A stretch of DNA of 64,000 nucleotides from Candidatus Hydrogenedentota bacterium (GCA_963674865.2 CAXXYE010000001.1:1-64000), one strand, 5' to 3'. Positions 47,728 through 57,578 are shown, counted from the stretch's first letter. The notes: generated by a model from the sequence alone, not told the origin. Translations and numbers: made by a program.

Positions 47728-48189
47728 TTACTCGAGTTCCTTGAGCATCACGACGGCGTCCTCGTTTGTCTTGGCATAATAACGCTTTCGGATGCCGATG
47801 GTGCGGAAGGACATGCTGTCATAGAGGTTTCGGGCGCGCAAGTTCGATTCTCTGACCTCCAACGTGGCCACCTTTGCGCCCAATGAGACTGCCTGCTCCA
47901 AGAGGTAGTCGACGAGCCTTCTGCCGTAGCCATGACCTCGGAAGGAGTCGCGCACGGTTACGCTCGTGAGATGGGCCTCATCCAGGACCAGCCAGAATCC
48001 ACCGTAGGCGGCCAGTGCGGGGCCAACGAAGGCCACGTAGAAATAGGAATGCAGGCCCTCGATCTCCTGAAGAAACATAGTACGTGTCCAGGGATCGGGA
48101 TACGCTTCCGCCTCAATCTTCATTGCATCGTTCAGATGAGCCGTGCTCAGTCTGGTGAACTCGAGGTCCGCCCGCTCCTCACTGCTCAT
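47728..48189 (-). CDS. rimI: Ribosomal protein S18 alanine N-acetyltransferase
   Basis: PW, DEAH, LEVRESN..A..LY, GIRKRYY..EDAVVM; next to tsaB. Confidence 0.92.
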   Translation of the reverse strand: MSSEERADLEFTRLSTAHLNDAMKIEAEAYPDPWTRTMFLQEIEGLHSYFYVAFVGPALAAYGGFWLVLDEAHLTSVTVRDSFRGHGYGRRLVDYLLEQAVSLGAKVATLEVRESNLRARNLYDSMSFRTIGIRKRYYAKTNEDAVVMLKELE

Positions 48190-48883
48190 GGCGGCCCTCA
48201 GGCGTGCCCTTGTCCGCCTCTTCAGGCTGCGACTTGCGCAGATATACGGGAGCCGCGGCCGCAGGATCCGTACTCACGCCTTGCTCTAACAGGCTGGCGC
48301 CCTCGGCGGCCACGGCCCACGCACGCGGCGCCGGTACCGCGGACGTGAGGAAGTCCGCCGGGCGCCGCAAAGCAAGAATGCGTTCTCGGTAGCGCTCTGC
48401 TCCAGGGCCGAACACGCCAACACGGCCCTCAAGGCCGACAAAGAGTTCTTCTACCGGGCAGGCGCGGTCTTCGGTGAGCTTCATCCGTCCGTCCGGGCCA
48501 AAACGATAGGCTGCTCCGAAGACTTCACCCATCCTTGCGTCGAGGAGCGGAAGCACCGCTCCTCTATATAAGCCTGCCAGGCGGGCCATGGCATCGAGCG
48601 TCGGCACGGCGACCAGAGGCAAGTTCTTGCCGAAAGCCAGTCCTTTCCAGGTGGCCACGCCCACTCGTAATCCCGTGAACGATCCAGGCCCCGCCGAAAT
48701 GGCCAAGGCGTCGATATCGTCGAACGTGAGATGGGCCTCTGCGAGTGCCCAGTCCACCGTGTCCAATAGGCGTTCCGCGTGTCCTCGTCCGCAGTCAACA
48801 AACGTTTCGGCGAGGATTCGGCCGCTATCGCATACGGCGACGGTGTTGATAGAAGTGCTTGTATCGCCCGCGAGGATCTTCAT
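48179..48883 (-). CDS. tsaB: tRNA threonylcarbamoyladenosine biosynthesis protein TsaB
   Basis: MKILAGDTS, HAERL, GPGSFTGLRVG, DARMGEVF, PVYLRKSQ. Confidence 0.95.
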   Translation of the reverse strand: MKILAGDTSTSINTVAVCDSGRILAETFVDCGRGHAERLLDTVDWALAEAHLTFDDIDALAISAGPGSFTGLRVGVATWKGLAFGKNLPLVAVPTLDAMARLAGLYRGAVLPLLDARMGEVFGAAYRFGPDGRMKLTEDRACPVEELFVGLEGRVGVFGPGAERYRERILALRRPADFLTSAVPAPRAWAVAAEGASLLEQGVSTDPAAAAPVYLRKSQPEEADKGTPEGRHEQ

Positions 48884-49191
48884 GAGGTAGGCTGCTGACA
48901 ACTACCTTTGAGCCATTCGGACTGAGGATCGCAATCCGCTGCTGGCAAGAAGATTACCAACGCGGATATGAGTGAGAAAACTCCCGCTCCGGAATTGAGC
49001 CGCTCCTGGCATATCCGTCTGCTTATACCTGTCGAAGGCCTTCTCGAAAGACGCATGACGTTGTATGTGAGCCCTCCGCCACCCTTGTCCGGCGGGTGGG
49101 ACACAATACGCGTGTCCCGATACAACGCGCACCACATCCCAGTAGCTCCAAGGCCCGTCACGTGGCTTTTCTCGAACGTGCCTGAACGGAT

Positions 49192-49566
49192 CTAACTGAT
49201 TGTGTTGCCCGCTGAACCGCCGAAAGCCGGGGGCGGCCCCTGAGGAATTGGCGCGGACTCAGGTTCTGTCTCGACGGGCCCCGGCGTGCTGCTAACCAGT
49301 TCCTTCATCTTCTTCCCGGGGCGAAATGTTACGACCTTTCGCTCCGGCACGGGAACCTGGTCGCCGGTGCGTGGATTGCGCCCGATGCGCGAGGCGCGCG
49401 TCTTGACTTCGAATACCCCGAAGTCCCTCAGTTCCCAACGTTTACCGTCCGCCAACGTTTGCGAGATGGTGTCGAAGGTCGCCTCTACGATTCGCGCGAC
49501 ATCGCTCTGAGTGATGCCAAGCTTGCTGGCCACTCGAACTACGAGATCCCGTTTGGTCATCGTCAC
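49192..49566 (-). CDS. HU/IHF family DNA-binding protein with Pro-rich tail
   Basis: MTKRDLV, ELRDFGVFEVK, GRNPRTG, TFRPGK. Confidence 0.93.
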   Translation of the reverse strand: MTMTKRDLVVRVASKLGITQSDVARIVEATFDTISQTLADGKRWELRDFGVFEVKTRASRIGRNPRTGDQVPVPERKVVTFRPGKKMKELVSSTPGPVETEPESAPIPQGPPPAFGGSAGNTIS

Positions 49567-49653
49567 TGAATCAGGCCCTCCTTGCTTGCTATGGCACCGC
49601 GGCGCTGTGGGGCGCCGCGCACCGCAAAACGTAGTATGAGAACATCGGACAGT

Positions 49654-49682
49654 ATTATACGAATTGTTTTCAATCCTTGCAA
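49654..49682 (-). promoter_or_regulatory. sigma70 promoter of the HU/IHF gene
   Basis: Minus-strand TTGCAA-17-TATAAT. Confidence 0.7.
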
Positions 49683-50074
49683 GTCATTCCTATCTCGTGT
49701 CTTAACGGGTTTTCGGCGTTTCCTGGGGTGTTGCCGGGCATTCGCCAGGGCAAAGCAGCCATTCGGCCGCTCGTGTATGCGAGGAACGGTTTGTGGAACG
49801 AGTGAGTTCTCAGGACACATGCGCCGAATGTTCGGGAGAGTGTTCTGAAGACGGGAAAGCCTCGGCGGACGTAGGGAAGGACTCACGCCGAGAAGCGGGC
49901 AATCCTCTGTTCCCTGCGCCTTAAGCGGAAGCAGCCCACCGGCTTCGCCCTGGTGAGAGCTTTGAAAGAAGTCGCCGAAATCCTCTATACTTCGTTCGGC
50001 CAGAGAGTTTGGTGTTTCAGCGATGGGCGTGTGCATAGGGCAGACAAAAGCGCGTCCTTTTTGAGGTAAGCATC

Positions 50075-50731
50075 TTGGGTGGTAGTTCAGGTCTCTATGA
50101 GATTCCCATCTACCTTTTTTCGCTGCTCTTCTCGCTTTGCGTGCATGAGGCGGCACATGCGGTCGTCGCGGATCGCTGTGGTGACCCATCCGCGCGATTG
50201 CTTGGCCGCGCGACGCTCAATCCTTTCGCCCACATCGATCCCATCGGCACGGTGGTTATGCCCTTGCTGATGGTGCTTACCCAGGTGCCGTTCCTGATCG
50301 GCTGGGCCAAGCCAGTGCCGTACAACCCGAGAAACCTCAAAGACATCCGACGCGACCCGCTGCTGATCGCCTTAGCCGGCCCGGTGTCGAATCTGCTGTT
50401 GGCGTTTGCCAGCGCCCTGCTTCTGAAGCTCGTGATTATGGTTGAGCCGTGGCTTCCCGCCGAGCAGCTCGTTAATATGTTCGCCCTTCTCCTTTTCACC
50501 ATGATCATGGTGAATCTCATGTTAATGCTCTTCAATATGATACCGGTTCCGCCGCTGGATGGGCATCACCTACTTGAGTATTTTCTTCCTCCTCAAGGAC
50601 AGCGCGCTCTTGAACGCATTGGTCCTTTCGGCATTATCATAGCCATGGTCATTGCCTACAACTTTTTGCCAATTCCCTTCCGCTATCTCAACGACTTGGT
50701 TTCCTGGTTTGTTCTCGGCGGGCACGGCTGA
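50075..50731 (+). CDS. Site-2 protease (M50) family protein
   Basis: HEAAH, LNPFAHIDPIG, GWAKPVP, AGPVSN, NMIPVPPLDG. Confidence 0.93.
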   Translation: MGGSSGLYEIPIYLFSLLFSLCVHEAAHAVVADRCGDPSARLLGRATLNPFAHIDPIGTVVMPLLMVLTQVPFLIGWAKPVPYNPRNLKDIRRDPLLIALAGPVSNLLLAFASALLLKLVIMVEPWLPAEQLVNMFALLLFTMIMVNLMLMLFNMIPVPPLDGHHLLEYFLPPQGQRALERIGPFGIIIAMVIAYNFLPIPFRYLNDLVSWFVLGGHG

Positions 50732-50777
50732 GCCTGCGCGCCTCACGCGGCAGGAGAGAGGGAGAGCGAGACGCATC

Positions 50778-51605
50778 GTGACAGGTCCTGTTTGTATGCA
50801 GCGATTCATGTATTCCGTACTCGTTGCCGTCGCTCTGACGGTATGGGCGACGGAGGTGGCTGTTGGCGCTGTGGCGACTCAGGGCGGCCCCGAAGCGGGG
50901 CCTGTCATCGAGGCGCGTCCTCTCACGCTAGACATGGGCCTGATCTCTAACGAGGCGGGGGCGAGAGGTACCATCACGTTGCGAAACGTAGGCAAGGCGC
51001 CGCTGCTTATCGAACGAGTCAAGTCCTCGTGCAGTTGCACGGTGGGCCGTCTGGAAAAGAGCGAACTGGATCCCGGCGAGGCAACGGCACTCAGCATCAC
51101 CCTCATTCCAGCGAAGATACACGGCTTCACGGCGAAGAAGTCGCTGCTCATCCACTCCAATGATCCGAAGAATCCCATCCTGCGGATCTATGTCCTGGCT
51201 GAGATCGAGCCTGAGTACGAAATAGTCCCGCAGTCCATTGATTTCGGCGACGTGCGGAAGGGCCAAGGGGCGACTGCCACGCTGCTCGTACGTCAGCTTG
51301 ATGAGGAGTCGCTCGAGGTCACGGCCGTCAAGAAGCCTTTGCGGCAGTTGCCCGATGTCGCGTTCTCCGTTGTCAAGCGCCCGGCGGACCTCTGGACCTC
51401 GCCCGGGAAAGTGGAGTACGAAGTGACCGCGACCCTTTCCCCGGAGGCGCCCGCCGGCCCGCTGGACGGGCGCTTCTATGTGGTGACGAACTGCGCGCGT
51501 GTTCCGCGTCTGATGTGCCGCGTTAAGGGGGAGATAACCGGATCCGGCCTGCGCCGTGTCACGCGATGGCTGAGCGGCCTGTTCGGCTCGGAAGCGTCTC
51601 AGTGA
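50778..51605 (+). CDS. DUF1573 domain-containing secreted protein (start uncertain)
   Basis: NVGKAPLLIERVKSSCSCT...SNDP. Confidence 0.8.
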   Translation: MTGPVCMQRFMYSVLVAVALTVWATEVAVGAVATQGGPEAGPVIEARPLTLDMGLISNEAGARGTITLRNVGKAPLLIERVKSSCSCTVGRLEKSELDPGEATALSITLIPAKIHGFTAKKSLLIHSNDPKNPILRIYVLAEIEPEYEIVPQSIDFGDVRKGQGATATLLVRQLDEESLEVTAVKKPLRQLPDVAFSVVKRPADLWTSPGKVEYEVTATLSPEAPAGPLDGRFYVVTNCARVPRLMCRVKGEITGSGLRRVTRWLSGLFGSEASQ

Positions 51606-51624
51606 CGCGGCTTCCCGATGGTTC

Positions 51625-52855
51625 CTGAGTACTCCCCAGTTTGGTTCTATGTAGGTGCGTAGACCAATCTAGCGATGGCCATAGCAACGGTGGTTCGTCC
51701 GATGAATTCGATGAAGTGGTTTCCTGTGGCGGCGAGGGAGAGGGCTCTGTTCTCGGCGGTGTTTGCTTTGAGTTGTTCGCCGAAGTCTTTGGTTTCGGCG
51801 AAGGCGCCGAAGGCGCACAGAAGAATGAAGGCAAGCATGACGATGATGAAGTGCACAGCGGTGCGCTGGCGGGAGGTGAGTTTCACTTCGTCCATGCCGA
51901 GCCCCCATTTGCGGTTCTTCAGATCTCGAAACATCATTTCAGTCCACCAGCGCTTCGCGTAGATGGATGTGATGGCCCGGGCCTCGCGATCTTCAATGTT
52001 TGTAATGAGATACCACGGCTCGTCGGCCTCCCAACCGAAGACGGTGACCAGCCGAAAGGGCGTCTTGTTGTCGGCGTCCTTTTCTCCCATCGTGCCCCAG
52101 CCCCAGTCTTTGGGGCGATAGCCTCGCCGTATCCCCAGTTCGGGGAGGGTGCCGATGTGGTGCTCGGTTTCGACCCAATGATTCTTGGACAGACGCTGCA
52201 CAAAGCACCATCCCCAGTTTGTGACATCGCGTATCCAGCGCTCGTTTCCGAAGCCCCGGTCGGCCACGATAATCGGAGTCACGCCGGGCGGACACATGGC
52301 GTGCAGGTCTCGCAGAATCTCTCGTTCAGCTTGGATGAGAGCCCCTTCACTTTCCGTCCCGAATTTGGTCGAATCGATGGAGATGGCGTGGAACGGCATA
52401 GAGCGGCCGTCTTGGGGAATGGAGAGAACCAGTTGTTCGAAGGCACCGCGATCCGTCCAATCGACCAGGACCAAGGGCCGTCGGTCTTGGCCTCGCAGGA
52501 TGTTGAACAACGCCTTGGCAATGGCGAAGGCTTCCACCTGCTCATTGCCTAAGAAGCGATCCACCCTTTTAATACGGTGCTTTGCGAGTGCCGGGCCATC
52601 CATGGCGCGTCCCAACGCCAACACGCCGACCCCTTTCATCTTCATGGCTCCTGCCGCGATATGGGCCAGCGTCTTGCGTCGCGACCGTCGCACCTCTTGC
52701 AGATTCCGGTCGAACCACTTCATAATCTTGCTCGGGCCAAACATGAAAAATCCTCCTGCTGACGACGGTTTTGGTCGACTTTCGCCAGTATACAGGTCGG
52801 AAACTCGTGTTTGGCCCTTATTCATGCACCTATCGCAAAACTGGGGATCACTTAG
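51625..52855 (-). mobile_element. IS4-family insertion sequence, 1231 bp, 9-bp target duplication
   Basis: Imperfect TIRs CTGAGTACTCCCCAGTTTGG and CTAAGTGATCCCCAGTTTTG (reverse complement of the right end); direct repeats CGATGGTTC at 51616-51624 and 52856-52864. Confidence 0.92.
51647..52825 (-). CDS. IS4-family DDE transposase
   Basis: VDWT, IVADRGF, EPWYLITN, YAKRWWTEMMFRDLK (YREK motif). Confidence 0.93.
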   Translation of the reverse strand: MNKGQTRVSDLYTGESRPKPSSAGGFFMFGPSKIMKWFDRNLQEVRRSRRKTLAHIAAGAMKMKGVGVLALGRAMDGPALAKHRIKRVDRFLGNEQVEAFAIAKALFNILRGQDRRPLVLVDWTDRGAFEQLVLSIPQDGRSMPFHAISIDSTKFGTESEGALIQAEREILRDLHAMCPPGVTPIIVADRGFGNERWIRDVTNWGWCFVQRLSKNHWVETEHHIGTLPELGIRRGYRPKDWGWGTMGEKDADNKTPFRLVTVFGWEADEPWYLITNIEDREARAITSIYAKRWWTEMMFRDLKNRKWGLGMDEVKLTSRQRTAVHFIIVMLAFILLCAFGAFAETKDFGEQLKANTAENRALSLAATGNHFIEFIGRTTVAMAIARLVYAPT

Positions 52856-52990
52856 CGATGGTTCCTACCTGATATGCCTTCCTCATCACGTTTTGCTATA
52901 ATCCCGCTTCAATTCTGACCTCTAGTGCCCCGATGGGCATGAGCAGCACCTATTTCAAGAGGGATTGACAACCATTTCCGGGAGTGGCTG

Positions 52991-55582
52991 ATGGAACTGC
53001 CGAAGAAGTACAAAGCCGGCCAAACTGAACAGTGCTGGCGCGATCATTGGAAAGAGACGGGCGTCTATGCCTGGGACAGCACGCGGGGACGCGATGAGAC
53101 CTTTGTAGTGGACACTCCGCCGCCTACCGTCAGCGGCTCGCTCCACGTGGGGCATTTGTTCAGCTACGCCCACCAGGATTTCATCGTCCGCTACCAGCGT
53201 ATGCAGGGCAAGAATATTTTCTTCCCTATCGGTTGGGATGACAACGGCCTGCCCACGGAGCGGCGGGTCCAGAACATGTACAACGTGAAGTGCGACGCGC
53301 ACCTTCATTTCGACCCGGACCTTGAATTCAAGCGCGGGCGAAAAGGCGAGCCGCTGCGCATCAGCCGGACAAACTTCATCAACCTTTGCGACGAGGTCAC
53401 CAGGGAAGACGAGGAGGCCTTTCGTCGATTGTGGACGCGTTTAGGCCTTTCCTACGACTGGGATGAAGAATACGCCACCATCAACGATCACTGCCGCCGT
53501 ATCTCGCAGTACAGCTTCCTCGAACTCCTCGAGAAGGGCGAGGTCTATCAGGCCGAGCGGCCCGTCATGTGGGATATCGATTTCCAGACGGCCATCGCCC
53601 AGGCCGAAGTCGTCGATAAGGAGATGCGTGGGGCGTTCCATTACCTGCGCTTTGGCGTGCAGGACGGCGACCGCGCTCATGTCGTCATTGCCACCACCCG
53701 GCCGGAGCTGCTCCCTGCTTGCGTGGCCGTGCTGGCCCACCCGGACGACGAGCGGTACAAGCCGCTATTCGGCAAGAAGGCGATCACGCCGCTATTTCAC
53801 GCGCCTGTGCCGATCATGGCCGATCCGCAGGCCGATCCCGAGAAGGGCACCGGCATTGTCATGGTGTGTACTTTCGGCGATCAGACCGACGTCGAATGGT
53901 GGCGGGAATACAAGCTGCCGCTGCGTCAAATCGTTGGTTGGGACGGATGTCTAATGCCGGTTACCTTCGGTGAACCGGGCTGGGAAAGCGCCGATCCGGA
54001 CGCCGCCAACGCCGTCTACGGGCAGCTCGCAGGCCTTTCCGTCTCCAAGGCTCAGAAGAAGATTGTCGAGATCGCCGAAGCCACCGACGGGGTGCTCGAC
54101 CGCCCGCGGCTAGATATCACACACGCGGTGCGCGTCTTTGACAAAGGCGACCGTCCCCTCGAACTGATTCCGACCCGCCAATGGTTTGCGCGGATCATGG
54201 ACAAGAAAGAGGCCCTCATCGGCCAGGGCAACAAGATCCAATGGCATCCTGCCTTCATGCGTACGCGCTACGAACATTGGGTCGAGGGGCTGAAAGAGGA
54301 CTGGTGCCTGAGCCGGCAGCGGTTTTTCGGCGTGCCCATTCCCGTCTGGTACCGCGTCGACGACGACGGCCAGGTGCGCTATGACGAGCGCATTGTCCCC
54401 AGTGCCGATGAATTGCCCATCGACCCACTCGACGATGCGCCCGCCGGTTTCACCGAAGACCAGCGCGACCAGCCCGGCGGCTTCTCCGGCGACCCCGACG
54501 TACTGGACACGTGGGCCACGAGTTCCCTCACGCCGCAGATCGCTACAAAATGGATCCTCGACCGGGAGCGCCACGGCAAGCTGTTCCCGATGGATATCCG
54601 CCCCCAGAGCCACGAGATCATCCGCACGTGGGCGTTCTACACCATTGTGAAGGCGTATCTACATGAGAACGAGATTCCTTGGCGGCATGTCGTCATCAGC
54701 GGATGGATCCTCGACCCCGACCGCAAGAAGATGTCCAAGAGCCAAGGGAACGTCGTCACGCCCGAGCCGCTCTTGGACGAGTTCGGTGCGGATAGTGTGC
54801 GCTATTGGGCGGCCCGGGCGCGGCTGGGCGTCGATACCGCCTACGATGAGCAGATGTTCCGCGTCGGCAAGCGACTCTGCACGAAGTTATTCAACGCCAG
54901 CAAGTTCGCCATCGGCCGCTTCGCGGGCATCGACCCGGCCCAGCTAGGGCCTGAGGCAATTACCGTGGAGACGGACCGCGCCGTCATCCGTGAGTTGCGG
55001 CCGCTCATCGAGCGAGCCACCGCCGCCTTCGACGAGTTCGATTACGCGCAAGCCCTGTCGCTCGTGGAGGACTTTTTCTGGCGGACTTTCTGCGATAACT
55101 ACCTCGAACTGGCCAAGTCGCGTACCTATGAAGAGGAATTGACGGAGGGCCGCCTCTCCGCCGCGGCCACACTGCGTCTTGTGCACCGTGCCTTAGTCCG
55201 GATGATGGCGCCGTATGTGCCCTACCTAACCGAGGAGGTCTGGCACTGGTGTTACACCGATGACCCGGGCATGCACGAATCCGTGCACCGAAGTCCCTGG
55301 CCGACGCTCGACGAGTTGGCCGCCGTGCCGGAACCTGCCGGGCCTCAGACTTACGAGGCGACGATTGTTGTCGTCGAGGCCGTGCGTAAAGCCAAGACGG
55401 ACGCGAACTTAAGTATGAGCGCTCCCGTCAAGAGCGTTAGCGTCACGGCGAAACAACCGGTTCTCGAGCTGTTGGGCGCCACCATCGAGGACATCAAGGG
55501 AATGCTCCATATCGAGCAGGCCGAACTCACCGAAGGAGATCCCGGCGAGGGCCTGGTTGCCGTTCAAACAAACCTATCGTAG
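52991..55582 (+). CDS. valS: Valine--tRNA ligase (type 2, archaeal/actinobacterial-like)
   Basis: DTPPPTVSGSLHVGH, GWDDNGLPTERRV, TTRPEL, GTGIVMVCTFGD, KMSKS; no C-terminal coiled coil. Confidence 0.95.
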   Translation: MELPKKYKAGQTEQCWRDHWKETGVYAWDSTRGRDETFVVDTPPPTVSGSLHVGHLFSYAHQDFIVRYQRMQGKNIFFPIGWDDNGLPTERRVQNMYNVKCDAHLHFDPDLEFKRGRKGEPLRISRTNFINLCDEVTREDEEAFRRLWTRLGLSYDWDEEYATINDHCRRISQYSFLELLEKGEVYQAERPVMWDIDFQTAIAQAEVVDKEMRGAFHYLRFGVQDGDRAHVVIATTRPELLPACVAVLAHPDDERYKPLFGKKAITPLFHAPVPIMADPQADPEKGTGIVMVCTFGDQTDVEWWREYKLPLRQIVGWDGCLMPVTFGEPGWESADPDAANAVYGQLAGLSVSKAQKKIVEIAEATDGVLDRPRLDITHAVRVFDKGDRPLELIPTRQWFARIMDKKEALIGQGNKIQWHPAFMRTRYEHWVEGLKEDWCLSRQRFFGVPIPVWYRVDDDGQVRYDERIVPSADELPIDPLDDAPAGFTEDQRDQPGGFSGDPDVLDTWATSSLTPQIATKWILDRERHGKLFPMDIRPQSHEIIRTWAFYTIVKAYLHENEIPWRHVVISGWILDPDRKKMSKSQGNVVTPEPLLDEFGADSVRYWAARARLGVDTAYDEQMFRVGKRLCTKLFNASKFAIGRFAGIDPAQLGPEAITVETDRAVIRELRPLIERATAAFDEFDYAQALSLVEDFFWRTFCDNYLELAKSRTYEEELTEGRLSAAATLRLVHRALVRMMAPYVPYLTEEVWHWCYTDDPGMHESVHRSPWPTLDELAAVPEPAGPQTYEATIVVVEAVRKAKTDANLSMSAPVKSVSVTAKQPVLELLGATIEDIKGMLHIEQAELTEGDPGEGLVAVQTNLS

Positions 55583-55602
55583 TTTTTCCATTGCCGGGCC
55601 GG

Positions 55603-55631
55603 TTGACACGGCCGTAAGTCATTGGTAGAAT
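55603..55631 (+). promoter_or_regulatory. sigma70 promoter of the rib operon
   Basis: TTGACA-17-TAGAAT. Confidence 0.75.
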
Positions 55632-55649
55632 TGCTCTATAGGCTGAGTA

Positions 55650-55765
55650 GATAGCCTTCGGGACAGGGTGAAATTCCCGACCGGCGGTGAAAGCCCGCGA
55701 GCGCGAATGCGCTGATCCGGTGAGACTCCGGGGCCGACGGTAGAGTCCGGATGGGAGAAGGAAGC
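55650..55765 (+). ncRNA. FMN riboswitch (RFN element)
   Basis: CTTCGGGACAGGGTGAAATTCCCGACCGGCGGTGAAAGCCCGCGA...GATCCGGTGAGACTCCGGGGCCGACGGTAGAGTCCGGATGGGAGAAG upstream of ribD. Confidence 0.96.
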
Positions 55766-55772
55766 ATAAGGT

Positions 55773-55812
55773 ATGTCCCGTGGGCCGTGGTGCCTGTGGG
55801 ACGTTTTCTATT
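55773..55812 (+). terminator. Riboswitch-controlled intrinsic terminator
   Basis: ATGTCCCGTGGGC/GCCTGTGGGACGT stem (with G-U pairs) followed by TTTCTATT. Confidence 0.65.
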
Positions 55813-56904
55813 ATGGGCAGCGATATTGACTACATGCGGCGGGCGCTTGACCTTGCTGCGCGTGCTCGCGGACGTACCAGCCCGAATCCTATGGTCGGGT
55901 GCGTGGCTGTCCGCGATGGCGCAATCATTGGCGAAGGCTTCCACGCGAAGGCGGGCGAGCCACACGCCGAAGTGAACGCCATCCGCGCCGCGGGCGATGT
56001 CCAGGGCGCGACAATATATGTCACGCTCGAGCCTTGCTGCCATCAAGGCCGGACCCCTCCTTGCACCGGCCTGATTATCGAGCACAAGCCCGCGCGTGTG
56101 GTTGTGGCCATGCACGACCCCAATCCGAAGGTCGCCGGCGAAGGTATTTTCCAGTTGCGCGACGCAGGCATTCACGTGGACGTGGGGGTGCTTGAGGAAG
56201 AAGCCCGGCGGTTGAACGAGGCTTACATCAAGTACATCACGACTGACACGCCTTTCGTCATTTCGAAGTGCGCCATGACGCTTGACGGCAAGATTGCGAC
56301 ATACACTGGGGATTCCCGGTGGATAACCGGTGAGGCGGCCCGGCACCTGGTGCATGAACTGCGCAATCAGGTCGATGCCATTCTCGTCGGAAGTCGAACG
56401 GTTATGCTGGACGACCCGAGCTTGACAACACGCCTTGAACAGGGCGAAGGCAAAGATCCCGTGCGGATCATCCTCGACGCCGACGAGTACCTGAACGGGA
56501 CATCACGGGTATTTCATCTCGAAAGTGATGCACCTACATGGGTCGTCGTGCCCGAGGGCCACACCTTCAAGGGGGCCGACGATGTCCTGCACGTATCCGC
56601 ACACGGCAGCGGGGTCGACATGAACGCCTTGATGAAGGAACTGGCCGGGCGGGACATCGTATCGGTTCTCATTGAAGGCGGCGGCGCTACGCATGCCTCA
56701 GCCTTCGAGGCCGGTATTGTGGACAGGGTTATGTTCTTTGTCGCTCCGAAGATCGTGGGCGGCCGCGACGCCGTGACAGCCGTGGAGGGACACGGTGTTC
56801 AGCATATGAGCGAGGCCATCGGTTTGGAGAGGATGAGCGTTCGCACGGTGGGCGAGGACATCCTGATCGAGGGATACGTCAAAGGAGAACATGTTGCCCA
56901 CTGA
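55813..56904 (+). CDS. ribD: Riboflavin biosynthesis deaminase/reductase RibD
   Basis: PNPMVG, HAE, TLEPCCH.GRTPPC, LDGKIA, EGG. Confidence 0.96.
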   Translation: MGSDIDYMRRALDLAARARGRTSPNPMVGCVAVRDGAIIGEGFHAKAGEPHAEVNAIRAAGDVQGATIYVTLEPCCHQGRTPPCTGLIIEHKPARVVVAMHDPNPKVAGEGIFQLRDAGIHVDVGVLEEEARRLNEAYIKYITTDTPFVISKCAMTLDGKIATYTGDSRWITGEAARHLVHELRNQVDAILVGSRTVMLDDPSLTTRLEQGEGKDPVRIILDADEYLNGTSRVFHLESDAPTWVVVPEGHTFKGADDVLHVSAHGSGVDMNALMKELAGRDIVSVLIEGGGATHASAFEAGIVDRVMFFVAPKIVGGRDAVTAVEGHGVQHMSEAIGLERMSVRTVGEDILIEGYVKGEHVAH

Positions 56905-56942
56905 ACTTGCCAAGACTGCGTATGCGATGAGGAGCGTCTAGC

Positions 56943-57569
56943 GTGTTTACCGGAATCATCGAGGAGGTGGGTGCGATATCGCGTCGATCCGGGCCGGATA
57001 TCGCCATCATGGCCAAGACGGTTCTTGAGGACCTGAACCTTGGCGACAGCGTCGCCGTGGATGGTGCGTGCCTTACCGTTGCGGCCATCAATACCGATAA
57101 CTTTGTGGTTCAGGCCTCGCCTGAAACGCTCGAGCGCACCACGCTGGCCGGCCTCCGCCCGGGGGACGCGGTGAATCTCGAACGCGCGATGGCGGCGGGT
57201 GGGCGCTTCGGCGGACACTTTGTTCTCGGCCATGTGGACGGCGTCGGCTGTGTGGACGGCGTGAGCAATAGAGGCGAGTTCAGCATATGGTGTTTTCGCG
57301 CGCCGCAAGAAGTGGCCAAGTACCTGGTTCCCAAGGGCTCAATAGCCGTTGACGGCATCAGCCTGACGGTCGTCGAGCCGGTGGGCGACACGTTTAGCGT
57401 GGCGATTATCCCGACGACGATTGCGGAGACGACGCTGTCAACGAAACGCCCGGGCGACGCGGTGAATCTTGAGGCCGATGTCGTCGGGAAACACGTTTAC
57501 CATTACGTGACGGGCCGCGCAAAGGGCGCGGTGACGATGGACCTGCTCTCCCGGCAGGGATACCTGTAG
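56943..57569 (+). CDS. ribE: Riboflavin synthase (alpha subunit)
   Basis: MFTGIIEE, GACLTV, VNLERA, GGHFVLGHVD, GISLTV. Confidence 0.96.
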   Translation: MFTGIIEEVGAISRRSGPDIAIMAKTVLEDLNLGDSVAVDGACLTVAAINTDNFVVQASPETLERTTLAGLRPGDAVNLERAMAAGGRFGGHFVLGHVDGVGCVDGVSNRGEFSIWCFRAPQEVAKYLVPKGSIAVDGISLTVVEPVGDTFSVAIIPTTIAETTLSTKRPGDAVNLEADVVGKHVYHYVTGRAKGAVTMDLLSRQGYL

Positions 57570-57578
57570 GAATACGCT

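Noticed and set aside
49059..49127. Possible integron attC site
   Set aside because: Ends are GTT...AAC rather than RYYYAAC...GTTRRRY, and there is no integrase or cassette array
49915..49945. GGAAGCAGC resembling SRP RNA domain IV
   Set aside because: Lacks the preceding CAGG and GNRA tetraloop stem; no long enclosing helix seen
49563..50189. 208-aa minus-strand ORF upstream of the HU/IHF gene
   Set aside because: Spans a clear promoter, overlaps the M50 gene and has no protein-like motifs
51641..52901. 303-aa and 238-aa plus-strand ORFs within the IS
   Set aside because: Antisense to the transposase; no recognisable domains
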